Positions 50,827 through 62,129 of a stretch of DNA of 64,000 bases are shown one piece after another. Origin of the DNA: Isurus oxyrinchus (taxonomy: Eukaryota). Made by a program: the position numbers and the translations under genes. The notes beneath the pieces are model-generated. The model was not told the DNA's origin and ran no database searches. It saw only the letters and a list, made by a program, of their open reading frames with translations. The stretch is taken from assembly GCA_026770705.1 (NCBI GenBank), contig JANJGN010000007.1:68944001-69008000 (forward strand). The letters are read 5' to 3'. Within the stretch, counting starts at the first letter, position 1. The number at the start of each line of letters is the position of its first letter.

Positions 50827-52165
50827 ATTTTCTTCTCCGCCAATGCTGCCAGACCTGCTGAGTTTTTCCAGGTAATTCTGTTTTTGTTTTGGATTTCCAG
50901 CATCCGCAGTTTTTTGTTTTTATCTCTTGCTTTAATTATAAGTTAGTTACAAAGTTAGTTGCCATTATATATTACACCAGTGTTATTATGGCACAGCGCA
51001 TTAGAACTAATACTACTGAAATAGGAAAAGCCAGATGAAAAGCACATGAGGGAGAAAGGAATAACGATTATGCTGATGGGTTTAGACAAAAAATGGAGGG
51101 AGGAAGCTTGTGTAGAGGATAAACGTCAGCATAGACCTGCTGGGCAGAATGGCCTATTTCTGTGTTGTAAAAAAATTCTACTAGATATTGATGCAGTTAC
51201 AACTCAACATGGTTAATCCTTGGTCCCAGGCACCAAGTATTGAGAGGCATTCTTCACAAGAAGAGAGGCAATTGTATATGGAAAGTTTCCAGAGACCAGA
51301 TTGGTACACCTCCAAATGGCTGGTTACACAACAGCATTGGTAGAGTTCTGTTGCTAGGTCACCTGTGCATTTGTTCAGTGAGGGATGATACAGGGACTTC
51401 CTGTCTTGAAATGCTTTTATGCTCTTGCTTTCCAAAGAAAGCATATTTTATAGTCTGCCTTTTTCTGGGGAAGATATAAATGTGACTGTAGAATTCAATC
51501 AGGTCTTCTGATGTTTCAACAAGAAACTACTATCCTACTCACCTACTCAGGGTAGATTTGACAGTGGGGGAGAGGGAGGACAATCTCTTTAGAAACTAGA
51601 AAAAAGATTTACAATTTTTTTGTTTGGCCTCAGGATGAGGATGAAACTGAAATTTACTGACCAGCCAGCCGTAAGAATGTTGCGTTTGGCTGCCTTCTAG
51701 TGACTGTTATTGCTCAGCCACTTCAAAGGGCATTAAAAGTCAGGCACATAGTATAGTACTGGGGTGACATGTAGGGCAGATCAGGTAAAAATGGCAAATT
51801 CCTTTCCAAAAAGGACATTGATTCAAATAATTTGATTTTTACCGTAATCCAACAAAGTCACTTTTCTTTAGCCCAAAAACTGTGCTTCATCTTATCCTTG
51901 TAATCTGTAATCCTGTGTATAGCAAGATTTTTGGACTACTTCTTTGTAAAACAGCTAATCACCAGATCTTGTCTTGGTGGGCAATCTCAGGGAAATTATA
52001 GTAGGATATAATAGTGTTATGGTTATGATATTTGCCTCGTAGCTTAGAAGTTATGACTTCAAATTCTATCTTGGCAAGTTGTGCAATTAAACTTTATAGA
52101 TTTGATAATTTGTGAGAAGCAGTTAACTAGGTCAAATGGGCCACAAAAATGGGAAATACCCATAG

Positions 52166-52742
52166 GGGAGAATTTTCTTCCCATCAGATGAGCTGGGTGT
52201 GAGCGGGCGCAGGTGGGCCCGTAGCCAGTTGCCGCCCCCGATCGGCTGCATGCCACCATTTTACGTGGGTGGGCCAATTAAGGCCCACCCAGCATGATAT
52301 GCACCCAGAAGTGCTCAACGCTCTCTGCATAGAGCTACCTCAGGGAGATTGCTTATGTAAAATTGAAATAAAGAAAGAAAAAATTATTCAAACATGTTAC
52401 CATATGAGCTGGGACATGTCAATGAATGTTAATAAAAAATTTTATTATGTTTATAAACCCACCATGAAACCTCATCCCACCCGTGGATGAGGCTCCATGA
52501 GAAATGCGAAGTCCGCCTGGGCTTTTCGCCTGCCCACCAACCTTAAGTTTGGATGGGCAGCCCTGTTAATTACTTCAATTGCTATTTAAATGGCCTTAAT
52601 AGGCCTTTGACAGTTCAGTGAGTCCACAGCAGACTCTGGTACGTGCCCACTGAATTGAAGATCAGAATGAAGCACGATGACATCGGGATGCACGCCCATG
52701 TCATTTTACGTGTTGGCGAGCGGGGCCCAGAAGATTCAGGCC
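52166..52742. mobile_element. GC-rich palindromic MITE (Harbinger-like)
   Basis: Termini ggggagaattttc ... gaagattcaggcc; internal palindromes gggtgggcc-aattaa-ggcccaccc and ctcatcc..ggatgag. Confidence 0.6.
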
Positions 52743-55700
52743 ATGGTGTTTTTGCACATGATATGCATTTCTGCTGGTCTGCTACAGTGTACAAATTTTT
52801 GCGGAACTGCAATCCACACCGAAGCATGTGGCAGCTCCAACGCTTATGAAGTGAAAACCTTCATGAGTGTGTCCCAAGGAGAATCCTTATGTCGTTGATG
52901 GATCATGAATGCTACCACAGTGATCCGTGGAGGTTATAGACTCAAAGCAATGGGATTATATTGCACATAAGTCAAGGCTTCACTAATCTTCAGATCTGTG
53001 GCCTTACAAAGGTCATTCCCAGTAATAATGACATTTTTGGAATGGTGCTGTTTTACAGAAAGACACCACACATAAGGGCTCATATCAGTCGCCTCCTATA
53101 TCTACATACTGTGGTTAAGTGGTGTGGGCAACCCTAGAAAAAGTCCATTTTATGACTTGGCTGCTGTAAGATGGTGGCCTCCTCAGTGTCAGAAGTTCAG
53201 TAGAGCATTCAGCCATGTCAAGCATACATAGAGGTCATTGCAGTAGTACTTAGGGTTAAGAACCTGTTCTTTATACACTGACACCAATAGAGAGCATGGT
53301 GGTGAGAGGCACTAGGAATGCACCCAATATGTTTTGTATATAAAATTGCAGTTGCACTAAAATTGTGCATACAGATATTGTTCTTTTAAGGTTTTGGAAT
53401 CTATTTGCAACAGATGGCATTAACAGTGCCAAAATGAGGTTGAAGAGAGTTTCACCTGTTTGGAGATGCAAATCTTTGGGTACTGGTGGTTCAGCACAGT
53501 GTACCTTTTCTTCACCTTGATATGCCTGGTATCACTCTTTTGGCTTTATCATAATTTTCCTAATACTTTGGACAGGCAAATCCCATTGAAAATACATTAA
53601 TTCCAGTCATCATGTAGTGAGAAGAGGAAATCGTGTATAACAATTAGCAGAAATGTTGAAAAGAACTTATCAGTCAGCAGGAAGTAAAATAAAACAAAAT
53701 GGTAAAAAAGATCAAAAAGCAATTTAAATACTCCACTACAACTGAACTAAAATGGCTTTTCTCATCATTGCGAGATACATATTATGGGTAGCTCTGTCTG
53801 CCCTGTCTTCTGTCTGCAATTCCCCCAAATCTATATGTTGATTGGGTGGGATGAAGTAAGATGGGAGAAAGCTGCTGTGGAACATAAACACCAACATAGA
53901 CCTGTTGGGCTGAATGGCCTGTTTGTGTGCTGTAAAATTCTATGTAGGTCTTTCTGTTCTCCCAGCAGCTAACAACATCAGTTGTATGTGATACTTATCC
54001 TTGGCATAGTCTTATCTGGCTGCATCACATTATTTAGTTAAATAATATTTCAATGCAACTTACAACTATGCCATCTATTGGTTGCACCATCAAACAGCTG
54101 CATGTAAATGAAAAATTAGTTATCACTTTTGTGGAGGTAATAGGAATATTTTTTTAAAACCTACTCCATAGTTCATTAATTCTTTGAGAAAAACTAATGG
54201 AAAGTGGAATGCATTCATTTCTATGAAAATGTACAAGTTGTCCTTCATGACTATACAATTTTATTTTGCACATTCTCAACTGTAAAATAATTTAGCATAC
54301 ACAACAACAAAAAGCCATTATGCTGTGCATCGTTTCAAAGTGTTGCAGTCCACATAGTGAGTGAGTGGGATTATGGAGAAAAATTGCACTGAACAAGTTG
54401 GGTGCTGAGTTCACTTATGAAAAAGGAAAGGAAAACAAGAATCATATGAGAATACCTAAGCTCACTACCTGTAAGATTGCCATGCCAGGTCAAGGAATTC
54501 TTCACTTGTCAGGCAGCCACTGTACCACAACGAGCAGGAAGCCTGCATAAGGAAAGGTGTTAAAAAGGATTACTTAAGATGACATAGGATATTATAGCAC
54601 AAAACAGTCCAGTTGGCCCAAAATGCCCATACCAGTACTCATGCCCCACTCAGGCTTCCTTCAATCTTTTCTCATTAAAGTAACCTGAATTTTTATTTTT
54701 TATTGATATATCACAACTCTATGAGTCATTACCTATCAATGATAGTATGGAACATATGAACTTACAATAAAAATCATTTGAATTTATACAGCAGCTTTAA
54801 TGTAGTAAAATAGCTTAAGGCACTTCACAGAGGCACAAGCAAAATCAGTGCCCAACAAAAAAAGAAAGAATAAGGGCATGGGGGTGATCAGAACCTTGCT
54901 TCAAAAGCTAGATTTTAAGGGGGGAAACAGAAATGGAATTGGGGCAAGTTGGTGCAATCAACTGTGTTAAAAATTACAGAGCGAGTGAGAAGAATGAAGA
55001 AGGATAATATACCACAGGGACAGACACTGGTTTGTGACTAGTGAGGGACGTTTCAATGATGTGGGAAAGGCAGAAACCGGATTGAAAGCAGAGAGTTGCA
55101 GGATAGATGACCATGGATCTGGTTCCAAACTGTATGGGTCAGTAACCATTATTGATGATACAGGAATAACTCTGGATACGCGGTCAACCCAGAAATCATC
55201 TTCAACAGAACATTGCATCAGTTTTCAATTTGCAGATTGGATCACTGCTGCTTCAGTTTCATTGCTGTGTCCTGTCATAAGTCTTTGGCTGGGAGAAAGA
55301 TAGTTTTCTGTTACCTAGTTAATAAAAGTTAAAATAAATTGGGGTAAATAATTGGCAACGGCTTCTTGGTGGTGTTATTGGATGTTCCTACCTCATGAGG
55401 TGAAAACCACAGCTGCGTCTTCATGGTGAACCAGAAATAACACTGACCTCAGAGATGATAAGACTTATAATGCTGTTGAGTGTGGAGCTTGTTAGCAAGC
55501 ATCGCCCTTGCTCTCCGTCACGTTGTCTGCCAGCATGAAAACTGTTTATCAGGGTAGGAGCTGGTGGGTGAAGGTGTTGAGTTGATAATGACTCTGTTTG
55601 GATCCTTGCGACATTAATCCCACCCACTCTCCACATTTTCCAAAATGAAAATCTCAGCTGTAGGAGGCTGTGAAAAGTAAGCACAGTGGTCATGTCACTG

Positions 55701-55853
55701 ACAGGTGCTAGGTTGAAACAGAGGAAGAAAGAATCTCTCTTCCTGTAAGTTTAGATTCTGAATTAATTGAAGTGATTCAGTCCCATGCACACATTTTTTC
55801 AGCAATCATCATCACTAAAAAAGAAACAAAATGAATTTCTTTATTGAAAAGGT

Positions 55854-57756
55854 CATATGAACATACGAATTAGGAGCAGGAGTAGGCTACTCGGCCCCTC
55901 GAGCCTGCTCCACCATTCCATAAGTTCAAGGCTGACCTGAATGCAACCTCAACCTCACAGTCCTGCCTACCCCGAAAACATTTCACCCCCTTGTCAATCA
56001 GGAGTCTATCTAGCTCTGCCTTAAAAATATTCAAAGGCTCTGCTTCCACGTCTTTTGAGGAAGAGAGTTCCAAAGACTCGCAACCCTCTGAGAGAAAAAA
56101 GTTCTCTTCATCACTGTCTTAAATGAGCGACCCCTTACTTCCAAACAGTGACCCCTAGTTCTAGATTCTCCCACAAGAGAAACATCCTCTCCACATCCAT
56201 CCTGTCGAGACTCCTCAGAATCTTAAAGGTTTCAATTAAGTAGCCTCTTATTCTTCTAACTTCCAACGGATACAAGCCTAACCTGTCCAGCCTTCCCTCA
56301 TAAGACAGCCGCCCATTCCTGATATTAGTCTAGTAAAACTTCTCTGAACTGCTAACGCATTTACAGGAGATCAATACTGTACACCACTCCAGATGTGGCC
56401 TCACCAATGCCCTGTACAACTAAAGTATAACTCCACTATTTTTTTTAATCAATTCCCCTCACAAATTATAACATTCTATTTGTTTTACTAATTACCTGTT
56501 GCACCTGCATACTAACCTTTTGTGATTCATGCACTAGGATAGCCGGATCCCTCTGAATCTCTGAGTTCTTCAATCTCTCACCATTTGCATAATAAGCTGC
56601 TTTTTTATTCTTCTTGCCAAAATGAAGGATTTCACATTTGCCCACATTACACTCCATTTGCCAGATCTTTGCCCACTCACTTAACCTATCTATGTCATTT
56701 TGTAGCCTCTTTACTTCCTCTTCACAATTTACTTTCCTACTTATCTTTGTGTCATCAGCAACTTTAGCAACCATATCTTCGGTCCCTTCATCCAAGTCAT
56801 TTATGTAAATTGTGAAAAGTTGAGGCCCGAGCACTCATCCCTGTAGCAAACCGTCACATCCTGCCAACCAGAAAAAGATCAATTTGTGCCAACTCTCTGC
56901 TTCCTGTTAGCTAGCCAATCTTCTATCCATGCCAATACATTACCCTACATCATAAGCTTTTATTTTCCGCAATAACCTTTGATGTGGCACTTTATCAAAT
57001 GCCTTCTGGAAATCTAAGTACTGTACATCCACCGGTTCCCCTTTATCCACAGCACATATGACTCCTTCAGAGAACTCCAATAAATTGGTTGAACATGATT
57101 TCCCTTTTACAAAACCATGTTGACTCTGCCAGATTGCCTTGAATTTTTCTAAGTGCCCTGCTGTATCATCTTTAATAATCGCTTCTAACACTTTCCCTAT
57201 GACAGAATTGGCCTATTGTTTTCTGCTTTCTGTCTGCCTCCCTTTTTGAATAAAGGAGTTATATTTGCTGTTTTCCAATCTAATGGAACCTTACCCGAAT
57301 CTAGAGAATTTTGGAAATTTAAACCAGCATATCAGCTATCTCACTAGGCACTTCTTTCAAGACCTTAGGGTGAAGTCTATCTGGACCTGGAGATTTGTCT
57401 GCCCGCAGCCCCAACAATTTGCTCAAGACCACATACCTGGTGATTGTAATTTTCCCAAGTTCCTCCCTCCCTTCCGTTTCCTGATTTACAGCTATTTCTG
57501 GGATGTTACTTGTGAAGATCAAAGCGAAAAACCTATTTTATTCATCTGCCATCTCCCTACTTCCCATTATCAATTCCTCTATGGGACCAACGCTCACTTT
57601 GATAACTCTTTTCTTATTTAAATGTCTATAGAAATTCTTACTATCCGTCTTTAAATTACTAGCTAGCTTTCTCTCATACTCTAATTTTTTCCTCCTTATT
57701 AATCTTTTTGTCATTCTTTGCTGTTCTTTATATTCTTTCCAATCTTCTGACCTACC
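55854..57756 (-). mobile_element. CR1 LINE, 5'-truncated, decayed ORF2 plus 3' UTR
   Basis: KSPGPDRLHPKVLKE, QHGFVKGKSC..YLDFQKAFDKVPH, LGPQLFTIYINDL..KVADD; CR1 3' UTR at 55854-55990. Confidence 0.95.
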
Positions 57757-57869
57757 AGATAGACTAAATCAATACTGTGGAGTGAAGGACCCCAGAGCTG
57801 TAACCTACACATACTCTGTGGTAAAGAAATCCATATAACCTCATCTCCCCCCACCTGGGTCCCACTTTC

Positions 57870-58110
57870 TCTCATCAGTGGAATATGCTGTGAGCTTACA
57901 GAGACCAAAAATCTCCCATGTTCGATTCCTAGTCAGTGCTGGGTTTACTAATCCAAGCCAGTGAAGCATTGAGAATCCCTACTGTTGGCCTCAGTGACCC
58001 CTGGTGGGATGGGGAAACATTGCCTGGTATTCTAGCTCCAGATCATGATCCATGCATTTCTGCTGGAAAGTGCATACGTGGACAGGATGAATCTCAACTG
58101 TAATGTGCCG
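57870..58110 (+). mobile_element. Old tRNA-derived SINE (different family; related fragments near 6380-6520, 28700-28950, 33735-33870)
   Basis: B-box-like gttcgattcc followed by gtcagtgctgggtttactaatcc..ggcctcagtgaccc. Confidence 0.45.
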
Positions 58111-59774
58111 CCACTTCCCATCCTGTACTCACTACTGGATAGCCCATTGGCAGGTTAAGAGAGTAAATTGTGATGCACTCTTTGTATGACTGTTAGAAAT
58201 AGTTGATTAAGACAGCTGTTTCAGAACAGTAAATTAAAGTGATTGGCCATTAATTGCATGGAACAGAATGCAGTAGTTTCCAACGCTAGTTAGAAAACTG
58301 CAAGAAAAGCCCGGTACGAGGCAGATATTTATTCAGAAATAAAGTCACGTATGGCAGAAATGACTGCACCAACACTAATTCTGCAATCTGTACATGGGGA
58401 ACTTGCAAAAAATATTCATGCATAAGCGATTTATTTATTTGTTAAGATTTCAAAGCTACACTAATGCATTAAAATGCATCACTTTTTATAATTCACCATT
58501 TTGAACACAGTTTTGTTTTCAATGCAATAAATGATTTTTCTTGAAGTTGCATTCACATCCTGAAAAAGTGATCAGCATGTTTTTCCTTATTCAAGTGATA
58601 CAATGTGATGACATAAGTTGGATTTAAGTGTATAATATTGACACTTTCAGAGGATGCAGTTATGAGAAAAGCAGAAGATATTTTAAGAGGCCCTGCCTCC
58701 CCAAGCAAATGAAGTTTTGCCAAAGAGTCTCTCAGGGAGCCAGCATCGCATTAAATCTGGGCCTCTACAAAGGATTATTACCTTAATAATATTTTTTATG
58801 ATCCCTGTTACCTTAATCGTATTTGCCTGTTGACTGGCTTTTTAATATCATTGTTCAAATGAAGTAGATAAGGGTAATTCAGACAGAACATGAATAAAAA
58901 TGCAGCATTGCCTGAGTAAACATATAGTCCTGTTATGTTGAATCTGCTTTTTTGAAATTGGCTTTCCTCCAGTTGAGCATGTGCACATTGCCTTTTCTTT
59001 TTTTCTATAAACTAATCTAGTGATATTGTAATAACTGTTTAATAAATGCTCTCATACCAAAACATGCTTCCTCTCTGCTCCCCTCCTTTCCCGACTAAAA
59101 CATGCTCCAATTACTCCACTTACTTCACCAGAACTAGATCCAGCATTGCTTCATTATTCATTGGGCTGAAAACATACCAATCAAGAAAGTTCTCTTGAAC
59201 ATGTTTCAGGAATTTGTTCCTATCTTTGCCCTGATATTTTCCTAGTGTGTATGAGGATAGTTGAAGCCCCCATTATCACTGCTGTGAAGTTCTTGCATCT
59301 TTCTGCAATTTTCCTGCAAATTGACTTCTCAGTCTCCTTTCCGTGATTTGGTGGCCTGTAATCACCCAGAAGCATAATAGCTCGTCTATTGTTCTTTAGT
59401 TGTAACCAAATAAATTATTTATTTGAATTCTAAAGTAAATCACCGCCTTTTGGTGTTGGAACAGCATCTTTGATCATTGCAATGCCCCCTCCTCCTTCAT
59501 TCTCTATCTTTACTGAATGCATGGTGGTCAGGAATATTAAGTGTCCATTCCTTTCCTTGTTTGAGTCAGGTCTTCATTATTGCCACTATATCATAATCCC
59601 GGGATTACTTGTGCCTGCAGCTCCCCAATTTACTTATCACACTCTGGGCATTTATGCACACGCATAATAAAGCCCACTTTAGTCTGCCCTCCATTTGATC
59701 ACTCCCATTTCTGAACTGCTCTTTATTCCAATGCCATTTACCTCTCCTGGAGCTCCATGCCCTTGTATTTCCTC

Positions 59775-60580
59775 AGGCTTGGCCTAAATAGCCAAGTGGT
59801 TATGGTACTGGGCTTGTAACCCCAAGATCAAGAGTTCAAATCTCACAATGGCAAACTATGTATCAATGTAACTTCATCTGAATAGGAACAGATGGAAACG
59901 TGTTTGTACTCGAAAGAGTTACATTTTGGTGGCTCCGTAGCTCAGTGGTTAGAGCACTGGACATGTAAACTAGTGGTCGTGAGTTCAATTCTCACTGAGG
60001 CCTCTAGCTACAATTTATGGGGCTTGGCCTAAATAGCCAAGTGGTTATGGTACTGGGTTTGTAACCCCAAGATCAAGAGTTCAAATCTCACAATGGCAAA
60101 CTATGAAACAATGTAACTTCATCTGAATAGGAACAGATGGAAACATGTTTGTAATTGAAAGAGTTACAGGTTTTAGTGCTGGTATTTTTGGGGCTTGGCC
60201 TAAATAGCCAAGTGGTTATGGTACTGGGTTTGTAACCCCAAGATCAAGAGTTCAAATCTCACAATGGCAAACTATGAAACAATGTAACTTCATCTGAAAC
60301 AGATGGAAACGGGTTTGTACTGGAAAGAGTATCAAGAGGGGCTTGGCCTAAATAGCCAAGTGGTTATGGTACTGGGTTTGTAACCCCAAGATCGAGAGTT
60401 CAAATCTCACAATGGCAAAAAAAAACTATGAAACAATGTAACTTCATCTGAAACAGATGGAAATGGGTTTGTGCTCGAAAGAGTATCAAGAGTTCAAATC
60501 TCACAATGGCAAACTATGAAACAAATGGAAATGTGTTTGTACTTGAAAGAGTTACAGCACAAACCGTGAATGTAAAGACT
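59775..60580 (+). mobile_element. Concatemeric tRNA-Thr-derived retro-insertion (4 near-full units of ~140-148 bp, 1 partial unit, 1 tRNA copy) flanked by a 12-bp TSD
   Basis: Units at 59776-59923, 60021-60168, 60192-60330, 60340-60484 and partial 60485-60556. TTGTATTTCCTC occurs at both 59763-59774 and 60581-60592. Confidence 0.9.
59931..60003 (+). tRNA. tRNA-Thr(TGT) copy, probably a pseudogene
   Basis: 73 nt GGCTCCG-TA-GCTC AGTGGTTA GAGC-A-CTGGA CATGTAA ACTAG-TGGTC-GTGAG TTCAATT CTCAC-TGAGGCC-T, close to vertebrate tRNA-Thr-TGT. Has an acceptor C-A mismatch, an anticodon-stem A-A mismatch and U33 replaced by A; no CCA. Confidence 0.85.
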
Positions 60581-61265
60581 TTGTATTTCCTCTCTAATGC
60601 TTCATCCTGTTGCCTCTGCACCTATTAAATTAGTTTAAACACTTCCTTGCAGTATTAATTAACCTCCATGCAAGGACATTGGTCCCAGCCTTGTGAGGTG
60701 CAGTTACTTTCTAGGGCTGTTTAAAGGCACACAGCATGGCTGAGGTAGAGTAGAGTGAACTTAAGTCTGCATACAGTATATGCCACATGTGACCTCGGGT
60801 GTATCAATAATTTTGAAGGTGTTCTAACCCTTTGCGCTGACTTCATTATAACAAGTGGAAAAAATCAGTTTGAAAGTTAAAGTATTTATAATATCTTCCC
60901 ATCTGCTGGAGGAAAATAAACCACCAACACTTACGTTAATTGTGGGAAACAATTAGTCAGCAGATTCCTAGCACCTTCCTCTGCATCAAACATGGTAAAT
61001 TTTCCTTACAAAACATGTTATCAAAGTGCCTGGTATTTGTGTGGACTGCAGTAATTCGAAGGATTTTGGGGGTATTTTCATTAGCACTTTGACAATTAAT
61101 TTTCTAAATTTAGTTACCTAAGATTGGCAGGAGCAGCTTGCTGCTAATTAAAGCCTTGTTTTTGTCCTTTTTATATATTTTCTCAAAGTGTTGCTACATC
61201 AAGATTATTAATATGTTGCCTCCAGCTGTTATCCTATCCTACAGGAACAATCATGCCATATTTTA

Positions 61266-61624
61266 TTACAGGTTAGTAATTGACCAGAGGCAGCAGTAGC
61301 AGGAATAGCACCCAGCCGATTCAATGAGTGCTGATCTTGCTGGATCAGTCTCATTGTAAAAATCTCTGTAAGCTCTTGTGAATGACGCTCCCAGTTGAGA
61401 GCTCACTGTTTGAGGGATGTGGAATCTGGTGGTGTCGTGGGATTTAGTATCCTGCAGCATCAAGTTAAAGGGAGGATTATTTTCTGACAGGACGACTGGG
61501 TAAAGCTTTTCACTTGAATTTGTTGTAGGAGAGAAAAGGTTATATTCCACAGGAGCTGAACCAAAAGATGCTGCTTTCGTAACAGATTGAATCGGTGTGC
61601 CGGAGGAGAGCGTCATTCTGGCAC
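61266..61624 (-). CDS. Candidate terminal coding exon of an unidentified gene (S/T/P-rich, Cys-rich hydrophobic C-terminus)
   Basis: Open frame of ~119 codons in non-repeat DNA after a possible phase-1 acceptor (ctgttag/GT). The stop TAA overlaps AATAAA. No family recognised. Confidence 0.3.
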
Positions 61625-62129
61625 CTAACAGTATTGGCCACACAGATGGACAACACACAGTGGGGGCAGGAGTTGATGATGCAATTTAGTAGTTAATAGA
61701 TTTGGTTAGAAGACATTTCCAGACCTCAGCAAGTCAGCTGTGGTATGCCTGCCCACCGTGACATATTAATTAGCTGTCCAAAGTGCATAGGGCCCATAAA
61801 TTTTCTTCCACTCACACTATTGGTACTTTGAAGGTTAACCATACATGGCCATTATTGCAACAAGGCATGTTTTGCAACAGCAACTTACATCTGTAAATGT
61901 TCCTTCAGACATACCTTCAAATGGTTCACCAAAGCAAATCTCCATTTTAAAAGCATGCTAATGTTATCACAATGAACTGCACCATGAAAATTGGGTATGC
62001 CATCCTTGCAGTTTTAATTTCTCACTTCAGCTTCTCAGTTTGCAGGTGGAAGCTGTACAAAACTGATGAGAGCAGGTCCCATTTGGAGAGTCCCCTCAAT
62101 GCTGCATCAGAATCAGTAATGCTGAAATA

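Larger units (their letters stand above)
49547..50927 (+). mobile_element. Penelope-like element, right arm (inverted copy of the left arm)
   Basis: Reverse complement of about 47947-49240; carries the same GIY-YIG region and terminus. Confidence 0.95.
59080..60710 (-). mobile_element. Old CR1 5'/endonuclease-region relic hosting the tRNA-unit array
   Basis: Antisense CR1 motifs ggatagttgaagccccc (GGFNYP), ggtggcctgta (YRPP), ttagtttaaac, ggacattggtcccagcc. Confidence 0.6.

Noticed and set aside
52166-52742. CpG-island promoter
   Set aside because: GC/CpG richness coincides with a palindromic MITE-like element with terminal inverted repeats.
59867-59935. Mini-LTR/TRIM (TGTAAC...GTTACA followed by tttTGGTGG, like an LTR plus primer-binding site)
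   Set aside because: The TG..CA module does not bound the insert, the flanking duplication is 12 bp rather than 4-6 bp, no polypurine tract is evident, and the TGG follows only one unit. Not fully excluded.
59931-60003. Functional tRNA-Thr gene
   Set aside because: Stem mismatches and loss of U33; it lies inside a retro-insertion.
59776-60556. CRISPR array (repeats with variable spacers)
   Set aside because: Repeats are ~145 bp and tRNA-derived, linkers are irregular (0-97 bp), there are no cas genes, and the context is a vertebrate genome.
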